A stretch of DNA of 64,000 bases from Squalus acanthias. Its lineage: Eukaryota. The stretch spans positions 15,438,001 to 15,502,000 of the forward strand of contig CM059434.1 in assembly GCA_030390025.1 (NCBI GenBank). Direction: 5' to 3'. Both the position numbers and the translations under genes were made by a program. The notes beneath the pieces are model-generated. The model was not told where the DNA came from, searched no databases, and worked only from the letters and a program-made list of their open reading frames with translations. Positions 47,678 to 61,305 of this stretch are shown one piece after another; position 1 is the first letter of the stretch, and each line of letters opens with the position of its first letter.

Positions 47678-50230
47678 CATGGGTTTCTTGAGCAGTATGT
47701 AACTGAACCGACCAGGGGGCAAGCAACCTTAGATCTGGTCCTGTGTAACGAGACAGGATTAATTAAAAATGTCCTAGTAAAGGATCCCCTTGGAATGAGT
47801 GACCATAACATGGTTGAATTCCATATTCAATTAGAGGGTGAGAAGGTTGGATCTCAAACAAGCGTGCTAAGCTTGAATAAAGGAGACTATGAAGGTATGC
47901 GAGCGGAATTGAGTAGAGTGGATTGGGAAAATAGATTAAAGGGTAAGACGACACATGATCAGTGGTGTACATTCAAGGAGTTATTTTACAACTTCCAAAA
48001 AAAATATATTCCACTGAAAAGAAAAGGGTGTAAAAGAAAGGACAGTCATCCGTGGCTAAGTAAAGAAATTAAGGATAGTATTCGACTAAAAACAAGGGCA
48101 TATAAGGTAGCGAAATCTAGTGGGAGGACAGAGGATTGGGAAAACTTTAAAAGGCAGCAAAAAGTAACAAAAGATTGATTAAGAAAGGGAAGATAGATTA
48201 TGAAAGTAAATTAGCAAAAAATATAAAAACAGATAGTAAGAGTTTTTATAGTTATATAAAAAGAAAAAGGGTGGCTAAAGTAAATGTTGGTCCCTTAGAG
48301 GATGAGACCGGGAAATTAATGGTGGGAAATATGGAGATGGCAAAAACACTGAATGAATATTTTGTATCAGTCTTTACAGTAGAGGACACTAAGAATATCC
48401 CAACACTGGACAAACAGGGGGCTATAGGGGGAGAGGAGCTAAACACGATCAAAATCACTAAGGAAGTGGTACTCGGTAAAATATTGGGACTCAAGGCGGA
48501 ATAAATCACCTGGACCTGATGGCTTACATCCTAGAGTCTTGAAGGAAGTGGTGGTAGGGATTGTAGATGCATTGGTAATAATTTTTCAAAACTCCCTGGA
48601 TTCCGCTAAGGTCCCGGCAGACTGGAAAACTGCTAATGTAACACCCTTATTTAAAAAGGGCAGTAGACAGAAGGCTGGTAACTATAGACCGGTTAGCCTA
48701 ACATCTGTGGTAGGTAAAATTTTGGAGTCCATTATTAAGGAAACAGTAACAGGACATTTGGATAATCATAATTTAATAGGACAAAGTCAGCATGGTTTTA
48801 CGAAGGGGAAGTCATGTTTGACAAATTTGCTGGAGTTCTTTGAGGAAGTAACATATAGAGTGGATAAAGGGGAACCAGTGGACGTAGTGTATTTAGACTT
48901 CCAAAAGGCATTTGACAAGGTGCCACACAAAAGATTATTGCTTAAGGTAAAAAATCACGGGATTGGGGGTAATATTCTGGCATGGATAGAGGATTGGCTA
49001 TCTAACAGAAAGCAAAGAGTTGGGATAAATGGTTCATTCTCAGACTGGCAATCAGTAACTAGTGGTGTTCCACAGGGGTCAGTGCTGGGTCCCCAACTCT
49101 TTACAATCTATATTAACGATTTGGAGGAAGGGACCAAGTGTAACATATCAAAATTTGCAGATGATACAAAGATGGGAGGGAAAGTAGTGAGTGAGGAGGA
49201 CATAAAAAACCTGCAAGGGGACATAGACAGGCTAAGTAAGTGGGCAGAGATTTGGCAGATGGAATACAACACTGGAAAGTGTGAGGTGATGCACTTTGGC
49301 AGGAAAAATCCTAGAGCAATTTATTATCTTAATGGCAAGAAACTGGAGAGTACTGAAGTGCAAAGGGATCTGGGGGTCCTGGTGCACGAAACTCAAAAGG
49401 TTAGTATGCAGGTGCAGCAAGTGATTAAGAAGGCAAATGGAATGTTGGCTTTCATTGCTAGGGGGATAGAATATAAAAATAGGGAGGTATTGCTTCAGTT
49501 GTACAAGGTATTGGTGAGACCGCACCTGGAATACTGCATACAGTTTTGGTGTCCTTACTTAAGGAAAGACATCCTTGCTCTCGAGGCAGTGCAAATAAGG
49601 TTCACTCGGTTAATACCGGGGATGAGGGGGTGGTCATATGAGGAGAGGTTGGGTAGATTGGGGCTCTACTCATTGGAGTTCAGATGAATGAAAGGCGATC
49701 TTATTGAAACATATAAGATTGTGAAAGGGTTGGATCGGGTGGATGCGGGGAGGATGTTCCCGATGACGGGTGAGACTAGAACTAGGGGACATAGTCTTAG
49801 AATAAGGGGCTGCTCTTTCAAAACTGAGTTGAGGAGGAACTACTTCACTCAGAGGGTGGTAGGTCCATGGAATATGCTGCCACAAAAAGCTGTAGAAGCT
49901 ACATCATTAAATAAATTTAAAACAGAAATAGACAGTTTCCTAGAAGTAAAGGGCATTAAGGGTTACGGGGAGCGGGCAGGAATTTGGACATGAGTCTAGG
50001 TTCGGATCGGTCATGGCCCTGTGGGTAGTGGAGCGGGCCCAGGGACCGTGTAGCCTGATTCTGCTCCTATTTCGTGTGTGCAATTCTGTTAGATGCAGGA
50101 GATGGTTCTGTGATAGATAGTAGATTGGCGGTTAGGATCAGATCAGCCATGATCTTATTGAATGGCGGAGCAGGCTCGAGGGGCCGATTGGCCTACTCCT
50201 GCTCCTATTTCTTATGTTCTTATGTTCTTA
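47678..50230 (+). mobile_element. 5'-truncated CR1 LINE (third subfamily)
   Basis: APE end (LDLVL, SDHNMV) and RT ORF 48539-49687 (GVPQGSVLGP, FADD), with stops and a frameshift. Doubled 3' UTR. Confidence 0.95.
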
Positions 50231-50234
50231 TCCC

Positions 50235-50990
50235 CACCAAGCCAGCCTGCGAGCCACTTTGTCTCTGAACAGCGACTCAACCAGTCTCCCTCCGCCTGAC
50301 TGAACTTGGTCTCACCTTGAAGAACTTTTCCTTTAGTTCCAGTGACTTCCTCCAAATAAAAGGTGTCACTATGTGAACCCACGTCGGCCCTAGCTGTGCC
50401 TGACTTTTTGTAGGATATGTTGAACACACTTTGTTCTAGTCCTACTACAATCCTTTCCCTGACCTCTTCTTCCAGTACATAGATGACTGTGTTGGTTCTG
50501 CTTCCCGTTCTTGCCACAAGCTGGGGAATTTTATTAATTTTGCTTCTAACTTCCACCCCTCCCTTGCCTTCACAAGGTCCATCTCTGACTCTTCCCTTCC
50601 CTTCATTGACTTCTCTCACTCTGGGGATAAACTGTCCACTGATATCTACTACAAGCCCATTGACTCCCATAGCTACCTTGATTATACTTCTTCCTGTAAA
50701 GATTCCATTCCAGTATCTCCGTTTCTGTCGCATCTGCTTTGATGATGCCATCTTCCATATGAAAGGTTCCAAAATGTCCTCTTTGCTCAGCCGAGGATTC
50801 CCCTTCACTGTAGTAGATACCTTAACTGTGTGTCTGTTCCATTTCCATCCTCACCCCTTCTACACCATCCCAGAACCCCCCCTGCCCCCCCCGCCCCCAC
50901 CAACCTGTCTTCATCTTCCAGCCCATCAGCTTCTACATTCGATGGATCATCCTCCACCTCCAACGTGAGATCCGACCCTGAAACTAATGG
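50235..50990 (+). mobile_element. Degenerate Penelope-like RT fragment
   Basis: Frame-hopping translation LTLKNFSF..FLQIKGVTM.THVGPS..LFVGYVE..FQYIDDC..TDIYYKPIDSHSYLDY. Confidence 0.8.
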
Positions 50991-51479
50991 CCTTTCCGAC
51001 TGTAATCGAGTCTCAAAACGTTGTCCTTGTTACTATTTTAATCAGAGGAATTAATGTCACCGTGGCCTATCAAAGCTAAGAGAATAAATGTCGTCTACCA
51101 AGGCCCAATGTTATAAAATAATCAAAGTGGTTGTAGATTGGGCAAAGGAATAGACAGCGTACTCGTTAGACTGAAAAAGCCTGTTATCAACTGTCACAGT
51201 TTAAGGTTAATCCGCTGTTACATGCAAACTGCAATTCTTAAATTCTTTTGGACCGGTTTTGCCAAATACCTTTTGTGGGCAGCATAGTGCATTGGAGCAG
51301 ATAATTCCAGAGTATTACATTAAATTAAATTATCCAGAGTAGGATTATGGGGCAAAAGTTCAAAGTAGTAAAAGGCAAATTTAGGATTGCTGTCGGGAAA
51401 TTCTTCACGCAAAGAGTGATCAATAGAAAGATTTGCATTCATATAGCGCCTTTTGTGACCTCTGATGTCCGAAAGCGGT

Positions 51480-52292
51480 TTTCAACAACAACAACAACAA
51501 CTTGTATTTATATAGCGCCTTTAACGTAGTAAAATGTCTCAAGGCGCTGCACAGGAGTATTTTAAGACAAAAAAATTTGACACTGAGCCACATAAGGATA
51601 AATTAGGGCAGGCAACCAAAAGCTTGGTCAAAGAGGTAGGTTTTAAGGAGCGTCTTAAAGGAGGAAAAAGAGGTTTAGGCAGGGAATTCCAGAGCTTAGG
51701 GCCTAGGCAACAGAAGGCATGGCCACCAAAAGTTGAGCGATTATAATCAGGGATGCTCAAGAGGGCAGAATTAGAGGAGCGCAGATATCTCGGGGAGGGG
51801 TTGTTGTGGGGCTGAAGGAGATTCCAGAGATAGGAAGGTGCGAGATCATGGAGGGATTTGAAAGCAAGGATGAGAATTTTGAAATCGAGGCGCTGCTTAA
51901 CCGGGAGCCAATGTAGATCAGTGAGCACAGGGGAGATGGGCGAACGGGACTAGGGTGGAATGTGGGAGGCCAGCCAGGAGTGTGTTGGAATAGTCAAGTC
52001 TAGAGGTAACAAAGGCATAGATGAGGGTTTCAGCAGCGGATGAGCTGAGGCAAGGGCGGAGTCGGGCGATGTTACGGAAGTGGAAATAGGCGGTCTTAGT
52101 TATGGCATGGATATGTGGTCGGAAGCTCATTTCAGGGTCAAATATGACACCAAGGTTGCGAACAGTGTGGTTCAGCCTCAGACAGATGTTAGGGAGAGGG
52201 ATGGAGTCAGTGGCTAGGGAACGGAGTTTGTGGCGGGGACCAAAAACAATGGCTTTGATCTTCCCAATAGTTAATTGGAGAAAGTTTTGCTC
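51480..52292 (-). mobile_element. L2 3' fragment
   Basis: VRNLGVIFD..AFVTSRLDYSNTLLAGLP..LHWLPVKQRLDFKIL. Confidence 0.9.
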
Positions 52293-52677
52293 AATGAAGT
52301 ACTTTTGAAGTGTAGTCATGTTGTGACGTAGGAAACGCACCAGCCAATATGCGCATAGCAAGATCCCACAAACAGCAATGACCAGATAATGTTTTTTTAG
52401 TGATGTTGGTTGAGAGATAAATATTGACCAGGACACGGGGGAGAACTCCCCTGCTGTGCTTTGAAATCATGCCATGCGATCTTTTACGCCCACCTGAGAG
52501 AGCAGACGGGGCCTCGGTTTACCGTCTCATCCGAAAGACAGAACCTCGGACAGTGCAGCGCTCCCTCAGTACTGCACTGGAGTGTCAGCCTAGATTATGC
52601 CCTCAAGTCTCTGGTGTGGGCTTGAACCCACAACCTTCTGAGGCGAGAGTGCTACCGACAGAGCCACGGTTGACACC
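52293..52677 (-). mobile_element. SacSINE1-like DeuSINE (duplicate of 21051-21516)
   Basis: Shares private head variants with the 21051 copy. Confidence 0.85.
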
Positions 52678-52894
52678 ACTGAATGACACAGACTATGAGG
52701 AAGAGTAGGGGAGATGACAACCCTGGACGCACCTAAGAAACAGCTGGGTGCTTAAACGGGGGGCGGGGAAGTTAGGATCTCCTAGATGGATGAATTAAGA
52801 TGGGCTGAACGGTCCTCCCTCATCCGTAATTGTCTTTTGTTGTGAATAAATATAAGTTGCGTTTGTCATCGCAGTAAAAAGAAATGTTAGAATT

Positions 52895-52913
52895 CAGCCA
52901 CTGGAGGGCGCAC
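52895..52913 (+). promoter_or_regulatory. CTCF-like motif (copy 2)
   Basis: CAGCCACTGGAGGGCGCAC, identical to copy 1. Confidence 0.5.
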
Positions 52914-53271
52914 CATCACAGCCTTTAAGTGGTATCGACCCAACACCAATGCTAAACTTGTGTGGTTTAAATCATTGGGCGTAGATTTTCAGTCTTGGGC
53001 GTAATCGAGAAATTGGGCACAAATTGTACTTGAAATTGCACTCACTAGGTTACGGCTCAGGCATCCGTTAAAATTCATTGGCATAATCACAAACTTAAAA
53101 TCTTCCATGAACCAGCGCAATCAGTCAGCGTAATCGAACGGAATTGTTTATTATTGCATTAAAAAATATTCATTGATGTATTTAAGACTGGTAACATGGT
53201 GCAGTTTTATTAATACAGCTGAAAATGGGTTCGTCATAAAAAGTAAGCATTTTTAATAAGAGTGTCTAGTC

Positions 53272-55805
53272 TAAGTGATACATTTTGGTAGGAAGAAGGA
53301 GGAGCGGCAACATAAATTAAAGGGTCCAATATAAAGAGGTTGCAGGAACAGAGAGACCTGGGGGTATATGTGCACAAATCGTTGAAGGTGGCAAGACAGG
53401 TTGAGAAAGCGGTTAAAAAAGCATACGGGATCCTGGGCTTCATAAATAGAGGCATTGTCCACGATTTTGCCTTCCGAGGTGGGGTCGGTGGTGGGGAGCA
53501 ACCCCACTGCTGGCTCCATCCCGCTCTGTGAAAAGAATTTTACGCTGATCGTGCTTGTTAAGCCTGCCCAGCACGTTTCCCAGCCAATTGAAGGAAGCGG
53601 GTCTGATGACGTCATTTGATGACGCGTCATCAGCCGGTTTCCTTAAAGGGACCATGCGTGAATTGTTTTTGACAGTTCTGCTGTCAGTGTTCTACAGCAT
53701 TGAGTTGCTGCAAACACTGACAAGCGCTGCACAGAGATATAGGGCTGCACCCAGGCTCTCTCATAACTCCCTCCATATGCTTATGGAGGGAGTCACAGCA
53801 TGCAGGGAGATTCTCTTCCCTTCCCATGGGCGGAAGAGACCCCCCAGGAGACCAACGCAATCTGGTTGCACATTGCACAGGAGGACACAAGCAGGGATGT
53901 CGTCAGGAGGACCAGGCTGCAGTGGCGCAAACCTTTCAATGATCTCAGCAGATCACGAAACGTTACTGCAAAGCCACACTCAACCTCATCCTGCTGTGCC
54001 ACTCATCACATCCCCATCACTCTGCCTTCCCTACCCTACTCCTGCACATCCTTACACCAACTTACCTTGCACCTCCACCCATCCCTCTCTATCTACATTA
54101 TCACATCCCTATTTCATTAGCCACCCCTCACACTCACCCTCATCCTAGTTCAATCATACCAACTAACAACACACAAGGGTAGGCATTTGGGTGTTTTATC
54201 CAATGTTCATGTAAAGTTTCTGGTAATGTGCTGTCAAACATTGAAATCTTTATTTTCAACACTTTGCATTCTTGGATAGATTTGTGTGCACCTTTGGAAG
54301 TGGCTTAGTGAGTTGCAGTGAATGGTGAGGCATAACGGTACCCCCCCCGCAATGGTCAGGAGTGTGAAAGGAATGGCTTGGGCATTGTAGGGATGCGTTA
54401 TGGTGTTGGTGTGGGGTGGTGCCAAGCTGGCGCATCATGCGGCAGCCAGGGTGTACAGCGTGAAGTGAAGTAAATCTGGCCATGGTGAGGCCATCCCTGG
54501 CCTCCCGGGCAGCAATGAGGTTGGGTGCTGATGCCCTGTGTCCTGTGCAGCAACAGGTGATTGCGGAGCTGCTGGTGTGCCTGGTGCTGTTGGTGTTGGG
54601 GCAGATCGTGATGCGATTCTGAGGACCAAGGTGAGATTTTTTCAAGGGCACCGGCGCTGATGTAATAGATGGCAGGTGAGGTTGAGATGACAGAAGCGAT
54701 CTGTCAGTGGCGAGAGAGGTTGTTCCAATGAGGTGACACTGGATAGAGAGTTAATTTCAAACACTTGCAAGCTGCATAAAGCTCAATCTGTCTTCCAAAT
54801 GCAGTAAGTAACAGCTTCTAACCCTGGAAAGTGAACGCCTATGAAATGGGAGCTTTCATAGACGATTTGCAGCTGTCAAGTAAAGAAATCATCCCATGCT
54901 GACACAACATCCGACCTCCTTACCTGACGTGATCCCGAGCAGCGGGGATGCCGTTGGCAAACTCTAAAAATCTAAAGGTAAGCATAAAATACCAGTTAAT
55001 TGGCTCTTAACAATGTATCTAATTATATAAATTACCTCCCCTGCCACTTGGTGTCGGGTTTGTTCAGCGATGACAGACCCGACATCTGGGAAACTAGCAT
55101 GGAGGCGGCTTGACCAGCGAGTTCCATACCCGCTGTCAAAAAAAATTCCCAGTTGACCTGCCTCCAAACGCCCCCGCTGACCCCCCGAAAAATTCCCCCC
55201 ATAGAGTACAAAAGCAAGGAAGTTATGATGAACCTTCGTAAAACACTGGTTCGGCCTCAACTGGAGTATTGTGTCCAATTCTGGGCACCGCACTTTAGGA
55301 AGGATGTGAAGGCCTTAGAGAGGGTGCAGGAAAGATTTACAAGAATGGTTCCAGGGATGAGGGGACTTCAGTTACGTGGATAGACTGGAGAAGCTGGGGC
55401 TGTTTTCCTTAGAGCAGAGAAGATTGAGAGGAGATTTGATAGAGGTGTTCAAAATCATGAGGGGTCTAGACAGAGTAGATAGAGAGAAACTGTTCCCATT
55501 GGCGGAAGGGTCGAGAACCAGAGGACACAGATTTAAGGTGATTGGCAGAAGATCCAAAGGCGACATGAGGAGAAACTTTTTTACTCAGCGAGTGGTTATG
55601 ATCTGGAATGCACTGCCTGAAAGGGTGGTGGAGGCAAACTCAATTGTGGTTTTCAAAAGGGAATTGGAAAAGTACCCGAGGGGGAAAAAATTTGCAGGGC
55701 TACGGGGAAAGGGCGGGTGAGTGGGACTAGCTGAGGTGCTCTTGCAGAGAGCCAGCACGGGCTCGACGGGCCGAATGGCCTCCTTCTGTGCTGTAATGAT
55801 TCTAG
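53272..55805 (+). mobile_element. CR1 3' fragment split by a Harbinger element
   Basis: KKAYGILGFINRG (to about 53455) continues as IEYKSKEV (from 55201). Confidence 0.9.
53457..55200 (+). mobile_element. Internally deleted PIF/Harbinger transposon with Myb/SANT-like remnant
   Basis: 53737-53960 frameshifted RAAPRLSHNSLHMLMEGVTACREILFPSHGRKRP/AIWLHIAQEDTSRDVVRRTRLQWRKPFNDL resembles the Harbinger Myb-like DNA-binding domain. A convergent minus-strand remnant (AAREARDGL) may be the transposase end. Confidence 0.75.
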
Positions 55806-56316
55806 TCCTTCACATGAGTAACCTGATTTTAAATCACTGAAAATTATTTTTAAAAGGCTCTACTGAACCATTTACTAGTTTCATTGGTGTACGGTAGTCA
55901 GTTCCTTCGTAAATTAAATATTTTTTAACATGTAGAAACTTTTAAAACGTGCCAACTGGTGTCTGTGTGCCTAAAAATAAAACAAGTTTAATTTGAATAG
56001 CCACCTCGAAATGGGTCCAATCAACGGAAACTTGCCATCCTCATTATTTTGATCTGGGGGCGGCTATGGGCGAAATTAGTTTTAAACCAGCGTTAAAAAT
56101 CGCAGAAACTCGATTTACACTTGATGCAATTTACGATTAAAATTCCCTGTTCTTTTGCCCCGGTTCAGGCCGATTTCACCTATTTTGCGCTGATAATACT
56201 AGCGCAAACTCGCGCCGCGTGTCGAGCTCCAAACTGATTCCAACATGAAGCAGAATGAGGTTCCCTCCTCTCGAGAGTCTTGCTCTCATTTCTGCTGTGC
56301 CAGGTTAAGCCCTGAC

Positions 56317-56483
56317 CAATGTCCCCTTTAATGTTTTTTCTGGCTGCGTGGCCCCTTTAAGAGGCTGGGCGGCCCATTCAAAATACCGCGCACGCACGCT
56401 TTTTCCCCCGTTTAAAAGTGGGTGAGCCGGCAGCGCGGGACCTCCCGAGCGCTGTGCAAGCGTGCAGCTTAAAGGGAACATAG
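56317..56483. mobile_element. hAT MITE
   Basis: TIR caatgtccc / gggaacatag. 8-bp TSD gccctgac / gccctgcc. Related to 27535-27709. Confidence 0.8.
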
Positions 56484-57903
56484 GCCCTGCCTAAGGTTTA
56501 GGCTGCATTTATAGTAAAACTGCCGTGTTGGTGCGAAGTGAAACTGGTTGCTGGAATAAAAACACCCATTTAGCCAATTGTTCGGTGCGGGACAATGAAC
56601 CGAAGTAATATCCCACTGAAGGAGCCTCTGCACTTTGATTTGGTTCCTAATGTGCCGAATTTGCCCATTGGCACTGTAGGTGGATTTAGTTCACTGGAGC
56701 TATAGTGAATGCACAGACTGCGTTGTTACGTGATTTGCGCATGAAATGAATGTGGTGCAAATAAGACATTCATATTCTGCCTCTTCTCCTTTCTCAAACA
56801 AAATGGCCCGGAACTTGCGGTCCTGATGACGGCGAACTGGCGGCATTCGTTGTCATTTCGCCTTTGAAACTGACCGCAACTTCAGGATTTAGCGCACGCG
56901 CAGCCTAACGTGGAAATCCTGAAGTTGCGGTCTACTGAGTCTCAAATGCTTGGTCGTGAAGAAAGTGGCTTTTTAATTCTTTAATTCTAGAAAACCAATA
57001 AACAAAAGAAAAGATGTTCGCCTCTGGGAGCTGGATTTGAATCCTATCTGGATGCAATGAAAGCTTCCTCCCTTTTTATGTTTTATATTTTCCTGTTTGT
57101 TAATTTTGGACCAAAGAGGTAAATGTGAGTATGATGTGAATGGAGAAAAATATACCCCCTCTGGATGTAAGGATTCTACAGGAAATTAATTTCGGACCAT
57201 GTTAACCCAGGTATTATACGCTCACGCCCAGACCCATAAAATTAACTAGAATCTGGTACGAATTTTGCAGCCTCATCGGAGGCCACAAGAATTACTGCTG
57301 TGGAAAACTGGCTTATATTCATGCAGTGTGGGGTAATCCTCTGATGATCCACATTGATGGCTGGGGGTGGTGGGGGGGGGGAACAATCAAATGTACAGAA
57401 TGAATAAAGTCTATTTGATATTCTAGTCCATTCACAGACCTTGTCCGCTCACCAGAGGTTCTTTTATCCCTGTTACCAAAAGTAAATCAAGCGAAGCTTC
57501 CGAATGTTGTTGCGGCTTGACATTATTCATCTGAGACCAGGTGCCTTCTTCGGCATGACAGTTCCATTGGTTCCAGCAGTTCGGGAAACATCCAATTGTA
57601 CTGATCCTTGTAACACTCAACTCCATTGCAAATCAGATATTTTCAAATATCTCTGTACCCTCACCAGACTCCAACATCTGCCTAACCTCTGTCCCTGGCT
57701 GAACGAGACTGTCTGCAACCTCAGCTTCCTATTGGACCACGAGATGAGCGTCCGAACCCATATCCTCTCCGTTACAAAGATCTCCATAACCTCTATCTCA
57801 GCCCATCTGCCGCTGAAATCCTCATCCAAGCTTTCCTCACCTCCAGACTTGACTATTCCAATGCCCTCATAGCCGACCTCCCATCCTGCACCCACTGTAA
57901 ACT

Positions 57904-58141
57904 GCCGAGGTGTGATAAAAGGCAGTCAGAAAGATTAACTGTAGTCGTCTGACATTGTACGCTGCACAGGCATTGTTCTCTGTCTATATATGCTTTGCCG
58001 ATTCGTATTCCTTCACTTCACCTGACGAAGGAGCAGCAGCTCCGAAAGCTTGTGATTTCAAATAAAACTGTTAGACTATAACCTGGTGTTGTGCGACTTC
58101 TCACTTTTGTCCACCCCAGTCCAACACCAGCATCTCCGCAT
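57904..58141 (+). mobile_element. Penelope pLTR insertion (longest copy) inside an L2 fragment (about 57620-58330)
   Basis: 11-bp TSD cactgtaaact (57893-57903, 58142-58152). Order: TATA-like ctatata, hammerhead, AATAAA, then end catctccgcat. Confidence 0.85.
58018..58055 (+). ncRNA. Minimal type I hammerhead ribozyme motif
   Basis: UCAC-CUGACGA-A-GGAGC-agca-GCUCC-GAAA-GC-UU-GUGA. Confidence 0.75.
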
Positions 58142-58609
58142 CACTGTAAACTTCAGCTCATTTATAACTCTGGTGCATGTATGTTATTCCTCATCAAGTC
58201 CCACTCGTCATCACCCCTGTCCTTGTTGACCTACCTTTACTCCTGGTTCCGCCCAACACCTCAAATCTAAAATTCTCAACTTTGCATTTAAATCCCTCAT
58301 GGCCTCACCCCTTCCTCTCTCTGTAACCTCCTCCAGCCCTGCAGCCCCCTCCTAGAAACATAGAAAAATAGGAGCAGGAGTAGGCCATTCAGCCCTTCGA
58401 GCCTGCTCCACCATTCAATATGATCATGGCTGATCCTCTATCTCAATACCATATTCCTGCTCTCTCCCCATACCCCTTGATGCCTTTTGTGTCTAGAACT
58501 CTCTCTTCCTCTGATTATAGCCGCTTGTGCCTCCGCCTCCCTTTGCCCCACCGCTGGCAACCGTGCCTACAACGCCTAGCATCCACCCTCTGGAATTCCT
58601 TCCCCAAAC

Positions 58610-59405
58610 CATGCAACAAGACTTGGACGACATTCAGGCTTGGGCTGATAAGTGGCAGGCAACATTGGCACCACAGAAGTGCCAGGCAATGACTAGCTCC
58701 AACAAGCGAGAGTCTAACCACCTCCCCTTGACATTCAACGACATTACCATCGCCGAATCCCCCACCATCAACATCCTGGGGGTCACCATTGACCAGAAAC
58801 TTAACTGGACCAGCCACATAAATACTGTGGCAACAAGAGCAGGTCAGAGGCTAGGTATTCTGCAGCAAGTGTCTCACCTCCTGACACTCCAAAGTCTTTC
58901 CACCATCTACAAGGCACAATTCAGGAGTGTGATGGAATACTCTTCACTTGCCTGGATGAGTGCAGCTCCAACAACACTCAAGAAGCTCGACACCATCCAA
59001 GACCAAGGCAGCCCGCTTGATCAGCACCCCATCCACCACCTTAAACATTCACTCCCTCCGCCACCAGCGCACCATGGCTGCAGTGTGTACCATCTACAAG
59101 ATGCACTGCAGCAACTCGCCAAGGCTTCTTCGGCAGCACCTCCCAAACCCGCGACCTCTTCCACCTAGAAGGACAAGGGCAGCAGGCGCATGGGAACACC
59201 ATCACCTCCAAGTTCCCCTCCAAGTCACACACCATCCTGACTTAGAAGTATATCACCGATCCTTCATCATCGCTCGGTCAAAATCCTGGAACTCCCTCCC
59301 TAACAGCATTATGGGAGTACCTTTACCACACGGACTGCAGCGGTTGAAGAAGGTGGCTCACCACCACCAAGGGCAATTAGGGATGGGCAATAAATGCTGG
59401 CCATA
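58610..59405 (+). mobile_element. CR1/L2-group LINE family B 3' fragment
   Basis: QQDLDDIQAWADKWQ..ILGVTIDQKLNW..IYKAQFRSVMEY. Confidence 0.9.
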
Positions 59406-59664
59406 AACAAATTTTTAAAAAACCTCCGCCTTGTCCCCTCCTTTAAGATCCTCCTTAAAACTTCTCACTCACCCCTTCTAGAATCCCCCCCTTTGGCTCG
59501 GCATCCATATTTTTTAATATGCCTCTGTGAAGCAGCTTAAGATTTTTTTTACATTAAAGGTGCTATAAAAATGCAAGCTATTGTTGTTTTCTGGGAAACT
59601 ACTCCACAGAGGCAGTATTCTTCAAGAAAAATACCTTCATAATAAAATAACTCCATGTTTTAAA

Positions 59665-60603
59665 ATCATAGAAATTTACGGCACAGAAGGAGGCCATTCG
59701 GCCCATCATGTCTGTGCTAGCCGAAAAAGAGCTATCCAGCCTAATCCCACTTTCCAGCTCTTGGTCCGTAGCCCTGTAGGTTACCGCACTTCAAGTGCAT
59801 ATCCAAGTACTTTTTAAATGTGATGAGGGTTTCTGCCTCTACCACCCTTTCAGGCAGTGAGTTCCAGACCCTCACCACCCTCTGGGTGAAAATTTCTCCT
59901 CCACTCCCCTCTAATTCTTCTGCCAATTACTTTAAATCTATGCCCCCTGGTTATTGACCTCACTGCTAAAGGAAATAGGTGCTTCCTGTCCACTCTATCT
60001 AGGCCCCTCATAATTTTATACACCTCAGTTACGTCACTCCCAGCCTTCTCTGTTCCAAAGAAAACAACCCCAGCCTATTCAATCATTCCTCATAGCTAAA
60101 ATTCTCCAGTCCTGGCAACATCCTCGTAAATCTCCTCTGCACCATCTCTGGTGCAATCACATCTTTCCTGTAATGTGGTGACCAGAACTGAACGCAGTAC
60201 TCTAGCTGTGGCCTAACTAGTGTTTTATACAGTTCTAGCATAACCTCCCTGCTCTTATATTCTATTCCTCGGCTAATAAAGGAAAGTATCCTGTATGCCT
60301 TCTTAACCACCTTATCTACCTGTCCTGCTACCTTCAGGGATCTGTGGACATGCACTCCAAGGTCCCTCTGTTCCTCTACATTTCTCAGTATGCTACCATT
60401 TATTGTGTGTTCCCTTGCCTTGTTAGCCCTCCCCAAATACATTACCTGACACTTCCCAGATTAAATTCCATTTGCCACTTTTCTGTCCACCTGACCAGTC
60501 CATTGATATCTTCCTGCTGTCTACAGCTATCTTCCTCACCATCAACCACACGGCCAATTTTTATATCATCTCCAAATTCTTAATCATGCCCCCTACATTG
60601 AAG
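59665..60603 (-). mobile_element. CR1 3' fragment
   Basis: EEQRDLGVHVH..LVRPQLEYCVQFWSP..TQRVVRVWNSLP. Confidence 0.9.
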
Positions 60604-61286
60604 TTTTGCCTGCGGCTTCTTAATTTTACACTACTCTCATTCTCAAAGTCCTGCTCGCAACCACAATATTGACTCCATTTAGTACATTACAACAGTGACT
60701 ACACTTAAAAAGTACTTCATTGGCTGTAAAGCGCTTTGGGACATCCGGAGGTCATGAAAGGCACTATTATAAATGCTAGTTCTTTCTTTTTACTTCAAAA
60801 ACCTTGATCATGTCCCGTCTTAACTGTCTTTTCTCAAAAACAAATTTATTTTTGCGAGTCGAACGTTGAAGCTGAAGTCCTTATTGAATGGCAGAGCAGG
60901 CTCGAGGGGCCGTACGGCCTACTCCTGCTCCTAAACCTTATGTTCTTATGTTCACACTAGCAAGAGATTCCTGTTGACCAGTTTGAAGTTTCTATTTGTT
61001 GAGAAGAAGATTTTGAGAAGAAGAATTGACAAAAATTCTAGAAAAAGTTGCTATTTAAGATTGATCTTCCTGATCAAGGAACTTCAAGTAGGACTGCAGG
61101 GGTTTTTTTTTGGTAATGACTGTTTGTGCTGGAATTATTTTACTGGTGGCATTTCTCAGACAAGTACACTTGCCATTAATTATCTAGAATAACAAATTGC
61201 CTGGAAGGATATAAAAGCTACTGATGTTCACCAGAAAGCTGATGGCGAGTTGTTGTGCCAGCTTCTTGATCATTAATATGTCACCT

Positions 61287-61305
61287 TGACCACTAGGTGG
61301 CACTC
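61287..61305 (+). promoter_or_regulatory. Strong CTCF motif
   Basis: TGACCACTAGGTGGCACTC matches CCASYAGRKGGCR in non-repetitive sequence. Confidence 0.6.

Noticed and set aside
53555-54148. 197-aa ORF as a domesticated MSANTD-like gene
   Set aside because: The Myb-like domain is frameshifted and lies within a transposon nested in a CR1.
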